From an uncultured Acidobacteriota bacterium (GTDB taxonomy: Bacteria > Acidobacteriota > JAQAZP01), in contig CAWIIB010000009.1 in the NCBI GenBank assembly GCA_963836075.1, positions 768,001-832,000 of the forward strand: DNA of 64,000 nt. The letters are read 5' to 3'. Numbering within the stretch: position 1 is the first letter of the stretch; every line of letters begins with the position of its first letter. The notes under the pieces are model-generated. The model was not told the DNA's origin. It did not search any database and saw only the letters and a list, made by a program, of their open reading frames with translations. This document shows positions 40,967 through 51,347 of the stretch, in pieces. Made by a program: the position numbers and the translations under genes.

Positions 40967-41932
40967 CTATTCCAGTGTATTTGGAACCTCTCGCAAATGA
41001 GCAGTCGCACGATACTTTGAAGCAAAATCTTTATATGCTCTTCCAACTGCATCTTCAGAAAGAGCCAGCACTTCAGCTGCCTCATTTGTGGGAACTTCAT
41101 GCTCCCATGCATAAAGGAGGTAATCCAGCTTTTCAAATGAAATCCTGAAAAAGAACTCCTCATCGCTTACAGGAAGACTAAATGTATCAGGACTGGGTTG
41201 ACGATCAATAATTTCCGGAATTACTTCGAGATAGTCGGCAAGTTGGTATATTTGATTTTTGTATAAATGGGTAAATGGTTCTATATCAGTACCGCCATCA
41301 CCATATTTGCAGAAATCCCCCAATATAAATTCAGTGCGATTGGTAGTTCCGGCAACAAGGAGATTACGTCTTTCTGCTTCTGCATAAAGATGCAGCATTC
41401 GAGCCCTGATCTTAATATTTGCAAACGATGTTATGGTGAGAAATTCATTCTGTTTCAACCGTTTACTCTTTAATTCGCCATCTGGTAATTGAACTTGCAG
41501 ACGATAGAAGCTAAAGCTGGCTCGCTCCAGAAGATCTGTAGGAAGGACTATATTATATTTATATCCAGGCCTATATTCGGGAATCAAATTTTGTAGATAT
41601 TCATCTCGCCAATTATACTTAAAAATACTATCCACAGTTGAAGTGATATTGATTTGTCGATGTTCTATGCCTAACGCCTGAGCATGTTTTATCGCATATT
41701 CACTGCTAATTGGATTAGACTCTGATTCGGGAAGGACAAGTCCTATTACTTTATCTTTTCCTACAGCATGAACTGCAACAGCTGCAATGCAGGCAGAATC
41801 GATACCGCCGCTTAATCCAACTATCACGCCTTTTTTACGAAAAATAGCCTTCACTTGATACTCAATAAACTCTGAGAGTTTCTCTAGTTCCTGCACTGGG
41901 TCTATTTTTAATACATCAAGGTTGAAATTCAT
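40967..41932 (-). CDS. nadE: NH3-dependent NAD+ synthetase-like protein (low GC, cassette-like context)
   Basis: GLSGGIDS, ANIKIRARM, GTTNRTE..G.FCKYGDG..D, LYK.QIY.LA, PSPD. Confidence 0.85.
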   Translation of the reverse strand: MNFNLDVLKIDPVQELEKLSEFIEYQVKAIFRKKGVIVGLSGGIDSACIAAVAVHAVGKDKVIGLVLPESESNPISSEYAIKHAQALGIEHRQINITSTVDSIFKYNWRDEYLQNLIPEYRPGYKYNIVLPTDLLERASFSFYRLQVQLPDGELKSKRLKQNEFLTITSFANIKIRARMLHLYAEAERRNLLVAGTTNRTEFILGDFCKYGDGGTDIEPFTHLYKNQIYQLADYLEVIPEIIDRQPSPDTFSLPVSDEEFFFRISFEKLDYLLYAWEHEVPTNEAAEVLALSEDAVGRAYKDFASKYRATAHLREVPNTLE

Positions 41933-42094
41933 CAGATATCTCCTGTCAATATTTACATTTTATGTAGAGCAACCGTGAAATCATGAATCACTATTAGGTC
42001 ATTATCTAATCTAACTTGCTCATCAATGCTTCGTGCAATATTTGGCTAAAGCTGCGAATGAGCCGCTTCGGGTGGCCGCGGAGTGGCAAACTCC

Positions 42095-42211
42095 GTCTAA
42101 CGTCACCCATCACCTGCGGACAGGTGGCACGGCCGTTGCCACCTGTGAGAACGACCGGATGCACAGCAAGGACCGTGACACCTGGACGACAGGTGTATGG
42201 GCTTGTTAGGT
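42095..42211 (-). mobile_element. Integron attC site
   Basis: Minus strand: ACCTAAC-5nt-CATACACC...GGTGATG-6nt-GTTAGAC with one extrahelical base; the cassette gene stop lies inside the inverse core. Confidence 0.8.
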
Positions 42212-42589
42212 GGATACTTCTACCCCTGACTTCCTCCTAACTCTCCAGGCCCCGTAGATGATCACAATCCAAACAACAGTTATGAATATCCCGAATAATC
42301 TTGAATGAACTATCTCTGCACCACCAAGGTTGTTTTCTTTAACCACTACCCCTTTAAAATCAACCAATGACCCCGGTATCAATAAGTATCCACGTGTCCA
42401 TCTTGAAGAGCTACCATCATCGCTATCTGAGTTACTCCACATAAAATACACGCAGACACGCACATTCCCTGGAAGCTGCTCATTCAATAAGGTTGTACCC
42501 TTTTCTAAAGGTACCATCCAGTCAAGGAGCACGACAAATGCCAGAACAATAATTGGTCCGAATCCTATATATATCTTCAACCATGACAT
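42206..42589 (-). CDS. Hypothetical membrane protein, integron gene cassette
   Basis: Low GC, 2 TM segments, bounded by a GTTAGAT core upstream and attC downstream. Confidence 0.7.
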   Translation of the reverse strand: MSWLKIYIGFGPIIVLAFVVLLDWMVPLEKGTTLLNEQLPGNVRVCVYFMWSNSDSDDGSSSRWTRGYLLIPGSLVDFKGVVVKENNLGGAEIVHSRLFGIFITVVWIVIIYGAWRVRRKSGVEVST

Positions 42590-42610
42590 CTATAGTTCCT
42601 AGCCAATTCC

Positions 42611-42643
42611 ATCTAACAATTGATTTTCTGGATATCCGTATAT
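42611..42643 (-). mobile_element. attI-like recombination site, copy 1
   Basis: ATATACGGATATCCAGAAAATCAATT-GTTAGAT immediately before the first cassette; similar to 59828-59860. Confidence 0.55.
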
Positions 42644-43086
42644 TCACGTCCCCGAATTATCTGAGGACTCTTTCCTGGCCCTGGAAGTCTTGGATCGGTG
42701 ATGGCATGAAATCCGCCTAACTAGCTTAAGAATCTGATACATATTATCCGACCTGGGCGATATTGACAAGTGTTGGCGCAACGTGCAATGAGTGACGAAT
42801 CCAGATAACCCGGCTGAGGCGTTGATATGTGGAAGGTAATGGTGAGCCGAATATCAGGACGGTAGGGTTATCCTGTTAGCATTGACGTCCGTATAAGTAA
42901 GGCATCGCCGTGGTTATCTGGAAACTTGAGGAGGCGAACAACCCACCTCCCGGCTGACAGTTTGGTCGACCCAAGAGTTGGGTACGGCGCTATTCACCCG
43001 CGACAATCGTCTTGACCCGGCAGCGGCTTCTCCCTATCCTTCGCAAAGACAGGCCAACGAGGCTTGCATTCTCCGGAGACTACTGA

Positions 43087-43959
43087 GTGGCAGACCACAA
43101 TCCAACCTGCTTCTTCGTCACCGACCTGCACGGGTCTGCGCACCTCTACAAGGCACTGTTTCGCCTGCTGGAAGCAGAGCGGCCGTGGGCACTCTTCATA
43201 GGCGGCGACCTGCTACCCCATGGCTTCACCGCCATCACCGAATCGGGCACCGACGACTTCGTCGAAGAAACTCTGTGCGCCGGTTTTCGGCGGCTGCATA
43301 GCGAGCTGGGCGATAAAGCGCCAAAAGTCTTCCTCATCCTCGGCAACGACGATGGCAGGATGGAAGAAGAGACGATCCGGGCCGGCGAGGCCGAGGGCCT
43401 CTGGCACTATATCCACGGGCGGCGGGTCGAGCTGGGTGAGCACCCGGTCTACGGGTACGCCTACGTTCCCCCCACACCATTCATGCTCAAGGACTGGGAG
43501 CGCTACGACGTCTCCCGCTTTGTCGACGTGGGCTGCGTCTCCCCGGAGAATGGCCAGCGGTCAGTGCCGGTGCCGGCGAACGTGGTCCGCTACGGGACCA
43601 TCGCCGAAGACTTGAACCAGCTCACCGGCGAGGACGACCTGAGTCGAGCCGTGATGCTGTTTCACACGCCGCCCTACCAGACGGCGCTCGATCGGGCCGG
43701 GCTCGACGGCAAGATGGTGGATCACGTGCCGCTGGACGTGCACGTGGGCTCCATGGCAGTGCGCCGGTTCATCGAGGCGCGTCAGCCGCTGCTCACGCTG
43801 CACGGCCACATCCACGAATCGGCGAGGATCACCGGAAGCTGGCAGGAGCGGATCGGGGAGACGCTCTGTCTCAGCGCGGCCCACGACGGGCCGGAGCTGG
43901 CGGTGGTGAGTTTTGGGCTGGATGATTTGGTGGGGACGGTGAAGAGGCGGTTGCTCTAG
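43087..43959 (+). CDS. Calcineurin-like metallophosphoesterase
   Basis: DLHG, GGD, GNDD, FH.PP, HGHIHES motifs. Confidence 0.88.
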   Translation: MADHNPTCFFVTDLHGSAHLYKALFRLLEAERPWALFIGGDLLPHGFTAITESGTDDFVEETLCAGFRRLHSELGDKAPKVFLILGNDDGRMEEETIRAGEAEGLWHYIHGRRVELGEHPVYGYAYVPPTPFMLKDWERYDVSRFVDVGCVSPENGQRSVPVPANVVRYGTIAEDLNQLTGEDDLSRAVMLFHTPPYQTALDRAGLDGKMVDHVPLDVHVGSMAVRRFIEARQPLLTLHGHIHESARITGSWQERIGETLCLSAAHDGPELAVVSFGLDDLVGTVKRRLL

Positions 43960-44005
43960 GCAGAAAAAGGTGACAGGCACAAAGCTGCCAGTCACCCTTT
44001 TCTGC
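43960..44005. terminator. Hairpin between convergent genes; core repeated at 52720-52750
   Basis: GCAGAAAAAGGTGACAGGCACAAAGCTGCCAGTCACCCTTTTCTGC. Confidence 0.6.
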
Positions 44006-44028
44006 CAGTCACCAAGGCGTGACAGTCC

Positions 44029-47000
44029 CTATCCGCTGATAACTAACGGCCGCGCAGCATCGGTCACCGCGCCGATCTTTGAGGCATAGCTGGTCTTCTT
44101 CTCCACGTCCTGATCGGTGACGAAGTGCACGTCGAGGAGGCCCTCCGAGCGGTAGCCGGTGCGCAGGTAGTTCAGCTCGGCGAGACAGAGGCTCCAGCCC
44201 TCGAGCCAGCGTTCCAGCGCCTCGTGCTGCTCCCGGTCCCCCCTGACGTGCACCAGCAGGTCGATGTCGCTGCCCGGGCCGGCGGTGGCGTTCTTCACGC
44301 TGCCGAAGACGTAGACTCCCACCACGCCGAACCGTGCGGCATCGATGGTGGCGGCGATCCGCTCGGCCATCTGCAGCCGCCAGCGCCAGAACTCCTCCCG
44401 TTCGCGTCCCGGCACCACTTCGGTGGTGCTGATCTCCTCGGGCAGGGTGCTCGGTTCCACCAGCACGCCGAGGGCCTCGTCCAGGTCGGCATTCATCAGC
44501 AGGTTGAACACTCGGCCGTCGGCCGCGGCCGACACGTCGATCAGGCGGATCACCCCGGCCAGGTCGGCATACTCCGGCACCAGCTCGGGCAGGATGTTGT
44601 TGGCCCCCAGCAGGAACCGCTCGTTGAACTCGATGTTCTCGTCGTCGGGGTAGAGCGGCAGGTAGCGGATGTTGGCCTCCACCAGGTCCTGGAAGAAGTG
44701 GGTGCCGAAGGAGAGGTCGGGCACGTAGTTGCCCTTCTTGCGGGCCACCTCGATCAGCAGCCGCGGTGTTGTTGATGTCCGAGTAGGTGACGTTGACCCC
44801 GAGCTTGATGTCCCCCCGGCTGCCCCAGCGGCCGGGGCCGATGAGCACGAACTGCTGCTTGGGCAGCAGCTTGTTCAGCCGGCCCACGGCCCGGCCCACC
44901 CGCAGCAGGTCGGCGTTGTCGGACAGCGCGGCGTAACCCGCCGGGTCGACGTAGACCAGGTGGGTGATGTTGCGCAGGCAGCCGTTGGTCACGTAACGGT
45001 TGGCGGAGAAGATGATCCGCTCCTGGGGCAGGTCGCGGGGGATCGGCGCCGGTTTGTCCTCGGCCGAGTAGCTCTGGGGCCGGCACTGCAGCAGGTAAAA
45101 GTCCTTACCGTCGCTGGCGAACTCGATGTCCACCGGCGTGCCCAGGGTCTCCTTCAGCGTGTCGAGGATCGACTTCACCTGCTCGACGAAGCGAGTGTTG
45201 CCGGAGAGCCCGGCAAAGGTGGCGGTGTATTCGCCCTGCTCGCCGCCCAGCGCCAGACCCATGGGCGCCTGCAGGTGGCCGTCGGAATAGACCGACACCA
45301 CGTGCTCGAAGCCGGGGATCTTGTGTCCCCACTTCTTGAAGAAGCTCTCCAGGTCGATGGTCTCGAAACTGTTGGTTTCGAGGTTGATCACATCCAGATT
45401 CTTGGGTGAATAGCGGACCATCTCGTCCGGGCTGATGTTGACCCGCAGGCCCGGTTGGCCCGGGGCGATGAGGATCGGGTAGTCGTCGCTCAACCGGTCC
45501 ACCGCCCGGGTGCCCAGGCCGGGGACCAGCCGGATCAGGCCGTCGTCCCGCTTGATCCGCGGCGACCAGCGGAACTCGTTGTTGCTGAAGGCCACGCCGG
45601 CAAAGGTGGGCAGGAAGTAGGGGCCGATCTTCGTCCCCACCACCTCCTGGAGCATGATCCCCATCTCCTCGCCAAAGTCGATCAGGCCCCGCTCCACGCG
45701 GTACTCGATGGGGTCGGGGCCGAAGGTCGAGGCATAGACTTCGGCGATGGCCATCATCAGCGCCTCGAGACGCTCGCGCTTGCTGCCCTGGTTGGCGAGG
45801 AAGAGGCTCTTGTACTTGCCGGAGAAGGCCGCGCCCATCCGGTCCTCCAGCAGGCTCGAGCTGCGCACGATCAGCGGGCTGTCGCCGAAGTCGTCCAGCG
45901 CCGCGGAGAGGCCGTTGATGATCTCCGCCGGGAAGTGGCCGGCCTTGAAGCTCTGGCGGATGTGGGGGTACTCCATGCGGACCTGGTTCAGGTCCTTGTA
46001 TTTCTGCTCCACCACCCCGCCGAAGTTGTTGAAGTGCATGAAGTCGAGCACCACGTCGGAAGTGATGTACCAGGTCTTGGGCACCTTGACGTCCTTCAGC
46101 ACCTCCTGCCCGGCGCTCTTCTCCTCCAGGATCCGCTGGGCCAGGCAGACGCCGGCGCTCTTGCCGCCGAGCTTGCCGTGGCTCTCCCCGCTGAAGATCA
46201 CGTTCTTCAGCAGGTCGTGGAAATCGTGGGGGTCGAAGAACCCCTTGGCCACGTTGATGTACTCCAGCTGATCGCTGAGGAAGCGCCGCACCAGCGAGAC
46301 GGTGATGCCGATGGTGTGCGAGTCGGACATGCGGAACTCGTCGGGGGAGAGGTGGTGGTAGCGGCGCAGCGCGTCGGCCACCTCGGCCAGCGAGAGGTTG
46401 CGGTTGACCACCCGGGAGAGGAAGCTCAGCTTGTCCTCCACCATCCACTTCTGGATCAGGTTGAGGATGGTCCCCGGGTCGAAGTGCCGCACGGCGACGG
46501 AGAAGACCCGTTCGATCAGCTCCGGGGTGATCTCCCGCGCCGCCTGGCCGTCCGACTGGTTCCAGTCCTCGGCCGCCTCGCCCTCGGCCCGGTCGGCGGC
46601 ATGGGGCGAGAGGGACTGCAGCAGCTCTTCGGCCTCGCCCACGCCGTTCCAGCAGAGGTGGTTGAGCATCTTGCGCGAGACGGTGAAGTAAAGGGCGCGG
46701 TCGGCCTGCTTGAGCATCTGCAGCGCCACCCGCCACTCCTGGGGGCCGTTTTCCCCGGACTCGCTGCGTGCACTGTCCAGCTCCTGGAGCAGCGCTCGCA
46801 TCCGCTGGTGGTTGATGAAGTGTCCCAACCGCTCGGCAACCGTTGTGATCAGCTTGGTCTCTTCTTCGAGAAACGGGCCGTCCTGCTCCGGCGGCATCTT
46901 CTTCGTGTAGACCACGCTGATCCGGCCGATGGGCGCTTCCTGGACCAGCACCTCGGCATGCTGGATCCAGGGCGTGGTCCTGAAACCGGGCGTGCGGTAA

Positions 47001-47209
47001 CTTTCGCCCTCGATGGTCAGCTCCGCCTCGCAGACGTCGGGATACTGCCAGTGGGGCGGCAGCGCTTCGACGATGCGCGGGCCGATGCCGGCCAGCGGTT
47101 CGTCGGGACGGCTGAGGATTTCCTCCACGAGGTAGAGGCAGTTCAGCTCCTTGGCCCGTTCCTGGAGCGCCTGGAGCAGCAGGTCCATCGACTTCTTCGA
47201 ATCTTTCAC
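44029..47209 (-). CDS. GAF-like + PEP/pyruvate-binding (PPDK-N) + nucleotidyltransferase multidomain protein (frameshift near 44760)
   Basis: GKLGGKSAG, PLIVRSSSLLED..FSGKY, DIEFA, LLQCRP, GPGRWGS, SFGTHFF; C-terminal FGSVKNATAGPGSDIDL; GTGA overlap with the upstream gene. Confidence 0.85.
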
Positions 47210-48972
47210 CGCAGGATGACTCCTCTTCCGCTTTTGCCGTCCACCTTGACGGTGAGCGGATCGCTCAGCTGCACGTGCCGCACATACTCGGTGCCGCCGG
47301 CCTCCGGGATGCTGTTCAGCCAGTCCCAGTCTATGGCAAGGGGCCCGTCGTGGCGGACCGAAAAATAGAGCACCTGGAAGCTGGTCATGTTGTGAAAGAA
47401 ATGGGCTCCCTGGCTCATCTCCTTGTTCATCTCCGGGAGGGTCGCCTCGACGATGACCTTGGCGCCGGAGATCTGGCCCCACTCCACCGGGATGCCGAGC
47501 CAGGGGTCGGAACTTCCCCAGCGGCCGAAGCCGATCAGCAGGTAGGGCCGTCCCTCGGCCTGCAGTCTCCGGTTGATCCCGGCCAGCTGGCCGGCGATGA
47601 CCGGGGTGTGCTTGGCCTCGAAGATTTCCGGCCGGACAAAGACGATGTCGCGCAGCGTGTCCACCACCCCGTTGCCCATGGTCTTTTCCGAGGCGGCCAG
47701 CACCTGGTCCCCGTCCAGCTCGGCGTCTTCCAGCTCCACCCTTTCGTGGGAGACCACCATCGGCCGCACCTGGAGGAAACCGAACTGCAGCGGGTCGCCG
47801 GGCCGTTCACCCAGCGTCACCGCAAACTCCATCTCCACCTCGCAGCCCACCGCCTCCTCGCAGAGCCTCAGCAGCCTGGTCACCAGGTCGTTCAGCGGCA
47901 GGACCTTGCCGTCGAGGATCGGGGCAAAGGTCAGCGCCCGCGCCCCGTTTCGGCCGGTGCCCATCACCATCCGGTCATTGGGGGCGTCGTAGGTGGAGAC
48001 CAGCTTGTCCAGCGTCTCGTCCTCTTCGGCGTCGGCCAGGGTGCCCTCGCAGAGGTATTCCGCTTCCTTGATCGGGTCGTATTCCGGCGGCTTGCCCATG
48101 TTCACCGCCCAGAACGACTGCTGGGTCAGCTTGAGCAACTCGGACGGCGACCCCACCGGCGGGGTCACCGCCGGCCATTTCGGCGAGTAGCTCCAGCAGA
48201 TGCCGCCGTCGACGATGGTCTTGCCCAGGCCCAGGGCCAGGTCCACCACACCCTCCTCGGGGCGTGCGCGCCCCACCGGGTAGTAGTTGTACGACCGGGC
48301 CACGCCGGAGAGATGCGGGTAGAAGCGGTCATCATGCCGCCGGCCCACCACCTCCTGGATGATCAGCGCCATCTTCTCGTCGGCCGGAGTCCGCCCGGTG
48401 AGCGCCACGTATTCCCGGGCCCCGCGGAAGAAGGTGGCGGCATAACAGAACTTGATCGCCTCCACCAGCTTGCGGAAGCGGCTGTCCACGTCGTGCTGGT
48501 TGTTGGGGATCATTTTGGTGGCATAGACGCCGGCGAACGGCTCGTACATCGCGTCTTCCAGGCGGCTCGACGAGCGCACGGCCAGGGGCGAGGTTACCGC
48601 GGCGATCAGCGCCCGCAGGCTGCCCACGTCCTCTGCCGGCAGTACCGCCTGCTGAAAACGGTGGGCGATGCGGTCATCCGGCATCCCGTCGAAGTCGAGG
48701 TCGAGGAGGTCGTTGCGCTCCATGAAGCGGTCGAAGAGATCTGTTCCGAGAACCACGAAGCGGGGGATGTGCAGTTCCACGCCATCCACCGGGGTCTCCG
48801 ACGAAAACCGCGTCAGCGCCTGCTCGATAAAGGCCAGGCCGGCGGCCTTGCCCCCGATGGCGCCGTCGCCGATCCGCATCGCCCGGTGCTGTGACCCGTA
48901 GAAGTCCCGGTCGAAGAGTGCCACCGCTTCGGGATCGACGGTAATCCGCTTTTCGTTTTTGATCTCGTTCAT
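47206..48972 (-). CDS. PEP/pyruvate-binding (PPDK-N) domain protein
   Basis: GAIGGKAAGL, PLAVRSSSRLED..FAGVY, EMEFA, LQVRP, GFGRWGS, SQGAHFF. Confidence 0.88.
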   Translation of the reverse strand: MNEIKNEKRITVDPEAVALFDRDFYGSQHRAMRIGDGAIGGKAAGLAFIEQALTRFSSETPVDGVELHIPRFVVLGTDLFDRFMERNDLLDLDFDGMPDDRIAHRFQQAVLPAEDVGSLRALIAAVTSPLAVRSSSRLEDAMYEPFAGVYATKMIPNNQHDVDSRFRKLVEAIKFCYAATFFRGAREYVALTGRTPADEKMALIIQEVVGRRHDDRFYPHLSGVARSYNYYPVGRARPEEGVVDLALGLGKTIVDGGICWSYSPKWPAVTPPVGSPSELLKLTQQSFWAVNMGKPPEYDPIKEAEYLCEGTLADAEEDETLDKLVSTYDAPNDRMVMGTGRNGARALTFAPILDGKVLPLNDLVTRLLRLCEEAVGCEVEMEFAVTLGERPGDPLQFGFLQVRPMVVSHERVELEDAELDGDQVLAASEKTMGNGVVDTLRDIVFVRPEIFEAKHTPVIAGQLAGINRRLQAEGRPYLLIGFGRWGSSDPWLGIPVEWGQISGAKVIVEATLPEMNKEMSQGAHFFHNMTSFQVLYFSVRHDGPLAIDWDWLNSIPEAGGTEYVRHVQLSDPLTVKVDGKSGRGVILR

Positions 48973-49050
48973 CGCCCGGCCTCCCGCCGGCTCCTCCTGT
49001 CATCGCGAGGAGCGGGTGCAGCCCCATATCTCTTGAGGAATAAGTCCTCC

Positions 49051-49157
49051 TGTCATCGCGAGGAGCCGTCGAAGACGGTGACGTGGCGATCTCTCTTTGT
49101 TCAACCGTGAAGAAGAGATTGCTTCGTCGACGACTGCGTCGTCTCCTCGCAATGACA
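49051..49157. repeat. Palindromic repeat TGTCATCGCGAGGAGC...CTCCTCGCAATGACA (partial extra copy from 48998)
   Basis: Same family as 19050-19159. Confidence 0.75.
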
Positions 49158-49171
49158 GTTGAGCCCAAGAT

Positions 49172-49238
49172 GGGGACAGTTACCTGGCCTAGCAACCTGT
49201 TGATTCCATTGATCTTGAATCAGCGGGTAGCTGTCCCC
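49172..49238. repeat. GGGGAC-terminated palindromic element
   Basis: GGGGACAGTTACC...GGTAGCTGTCCCC just downstream of gdh. Confidence 0.6.
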
Positions 49239-49246
49239 ATTCTTAA

Positions 49247-50533
49247 TTACAGCCAGCCGCGATTCTTGCAGGCCTGCGCCACGCGGGAAACCGAAATCAT
49301 GTAGGCGGCGTCGCGCATGTGCAGTTCCCTGGTTTTCGCCAGCTCGCTCACCGCGATGAAGGCCGAAGTCATTTTCTGGTCGAGCTTGCCCAGCACCTCA
49401 TCGCGCTCCCAGTAGTAGTTCATGTTGCTCTGCACCTGCTCGAAGTAGGAGCAGGTCACCCCGCCGGCATTGGCCAGGAAGTCGGGGATGAGGAAGATCC
49501 CGCGCTTCTCGATCTCGGTGTCCGCTTCCGGGGTGGTGGGGCCGTTGGCCCCCTCGGCGATCAGCTTGACCCGCGAGTGGATCTTGCCGGCGTTCTCGCC
49601 GGTGATCTGGTTCTCCAGGGCGGCCGGGATCAGCACGTCGGCTTCCTGGACCAGCCAGTCGTCACCCGGCAGCAGTTCGTACCCCAGGTCGCGGGCCTTG
49701 TCTTTGTCGATGCCGCCGAAGCGGTTGGTGATCCCCAGCAGCTCGTCGAGGTCGATGCCGCCTACCTTGCGGAAGGCGTAGGAGACCTGGTCATCCTGGT
49801 CCCAGCTGGACACGCAGGTCACCGTGCCGCCGATCTGCTGAAAGAGGCGGATGGCGTACTGGCTCACGTTGCCGAAGCCCTGGACGCTGGCCACCGAGCC
49901 CTTTGCCTTGAGCCCCAGCTGGCGAAGCGCCTCGCGGATGGTGAAGACGACGCCGAACCCGGTGGCTTCGGTGCGCCCGAGGGAGCCGCCCATGCCCACC
50001 GGCTTGCCGGTGATGAACCCGGGGTAGTGGCCGCCGTGGATCGTCTCATACTCGTCGAGCATCCAGAGCATGTGCTGGGCGGTGGTCATCACGTCGGGGG
50101 CCGGCACGTCGCTGAGCGGCCCGACGTTGCGGCTGATCTGCCGGACCCAGCCGCGGCAGATCAGTTCCTGCTCGCGCTCGCTGAGGTTGTGCGGGTCGCA
50201 GATCACGCCGCCCTTGCCGCCGCCCAGTGGGATCTCCACCACCGCGCACTTCCAGGTCATCCACATCGACAGGGCGCGGACCGTGTCCACCGTCTCCTGG
50301 GGATGGAAGCGGATGCCGCCCTTGCAGGGGCCGAGGGCGTCGTTGTGCTGGACGCGGAAGCCGCGGAACACCTGCACCTCGCCGTTGTCCATGCGCACCG
50401 GGATGCTGAAGTGGTATTCCCGCATCGGGTTGCGCAGCAGCTCGCGGGCGCCGTGGTTCAGCTTGAGCATCTCGGCGGTCTCGTCGAACTGTTGCTGGGC
50501 CATCTTGAACGCGTTGAACGATTTGTCAGCCAT
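49247..50533 (-). CDS. gdhA: Glu/Leu/Phe/Val dehydrogenase, probable glutamate dehydrogenase
   Basis: [17 protein letters not shown]...GGGKGG, DVPAPD, GRTEATG.G, QGFGNV, EGANGP, ANAGGV. Confidence 0.93.
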   Translation of the reverse strand: MADKSFNAFKMAQQQFDETAEMLKLNHGARELLRNPMREYHFSIPVRMDNGEVQVFRGFRVQHNDALGPCKGGIRFHPQETVDTVRALSMWMTWKCAVVEIPLGGGKGGVICDPHNLSEREQELICRGWVRQISRNVGPLSDVPAPDVMTTAQHMLWMLDEYETIHGGHYPGFITGKPVGMGGSLGRTEATGFGVVFTIREALRQLGLKAKGSVASVQGFGNVSQYAIRLFQQIGGTVTCVSSWDQDDQVSYAFRKVGGIDLDELLGITNRFGGIDKDKARDLGYELLPGDDWLVQEADVLIPAALENQITGENAGKIHSRVKLIAEGANGPTTPEADTEIEKRGIFLIPDFLANAGGVTCSYFEQVQSNMNYYWERDEVLGKLDQKMTSAFIAVSELAKTRELHMRDAAYMISVSRVAQACKNRGWL

Positions 50534-50668
50534 GGAACACTCCTTTTTATGTATCCTTGCGGCGCCCTGATGAGCCGCCTCCGTGATCGCAGGATGCCCG
50601 GGTCGCACAATAACCGCCTATAAATGCACCTGATGCCGGCGGGTCCCCCCCAGGGGACGCGGACACCA

Positions 50669-50968
50669 TCAGTCAGGCTCGCCCTGGTATTCCTCGCAGT
50701 GCCATACCCCTGTCTCCGATTCCGCCTTGCTGCACTCTAATCGTTTGACGCAGTCGACGCAAAGCCCCTTGAAATCATCGGCCTCACCATTACCGCCTCC
50801 ATCGACCGACCGCTCGGCCGGAGCCATGACTTCACGCTTCACCGGTTCCTCGATAATCTCGAACAGATCGCAGAACTGGACCGGCCGGAAGGCATTCAGC
50901 GCACCCCGGCAGGTGCGGGCGTGGATGCAGGTTGAGCAGATACCGTAAAAAACCACCGGTTCGGCCAT
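50669..50968 (-). CDS. Small Cys-rich protein with duplicated GxCxxCx5C...C motif
   Basis: GICSTCIHARTC..FCDLF and GLCVDCVKRLEC..WHCEEY; AAAGGGGA-like RBS. Confidence 0.75.
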   Translation of the reverse strand: MAEPVVFYGICSTCIHARTCRGALNAFRPVQFCDLFEIIEEPVKREVMAPAERSVDGGGNGEADDFKGLCVDCVKRLECSKAESETGVWHCEEYQGEPD

Positions 50969-51050
50969 TGTTCTATTCCCTTTCAAGGCATGGTGCCGGG
51001 GGCCGTCCCCCGGCACCGGCTCGAACATTCACGATCCGGCAGCAGTAAAG

Positions 51051-51066
51051 AGCAAGCCCCGTGCCA
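51051..51066 (-). promoter_or_regulatory. sigma54 promoter for the Cys-rich/gdh cluster
   Basis: TGGCAC-GGGGC-TTGCT, consensus -24/-12. Confidence 0.8.
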
Positions 51067-51225
51067 CCTCTCCGGGAGGGGGGATTTGAGCATGATGGGC
51101 GGATCGGGGGATGGAGGTGTGTCCGTTATCCCGCTATTTTTGAATAGATTGGATGAGTGACAGGGGGAAGGACTTGGGGAGGGTCATGGCCGATGAGCTC
51201 GATCCGTTCGCCCCGGTGGTCGATG

Positions 51226-51272
51226 GGCGTACGGGGAGTTTCACCCCACCGGGGAGAAATGCCCCGTACGCC
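51226..51272. promoter_or_regulatory. Inverted repeat containing tandem GGGG-N7-CCCC; candidate enhancer or terminator
   Basis: GGCGTACGGGGAGTTTCACCCCACCGGGGAGAAATGCCCCGTACGCC about 170-200 bp upstream of the sigma54 promoter. Confidence 0.45.
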
Positions 51273-51347
51273 GGCGGAGAGCCTGGGAGTGGTTTCAGAA
51301 CCTCAGCTATCGGGCCTCAGATGAGGTTATGTAGATCACCTCCTGAG

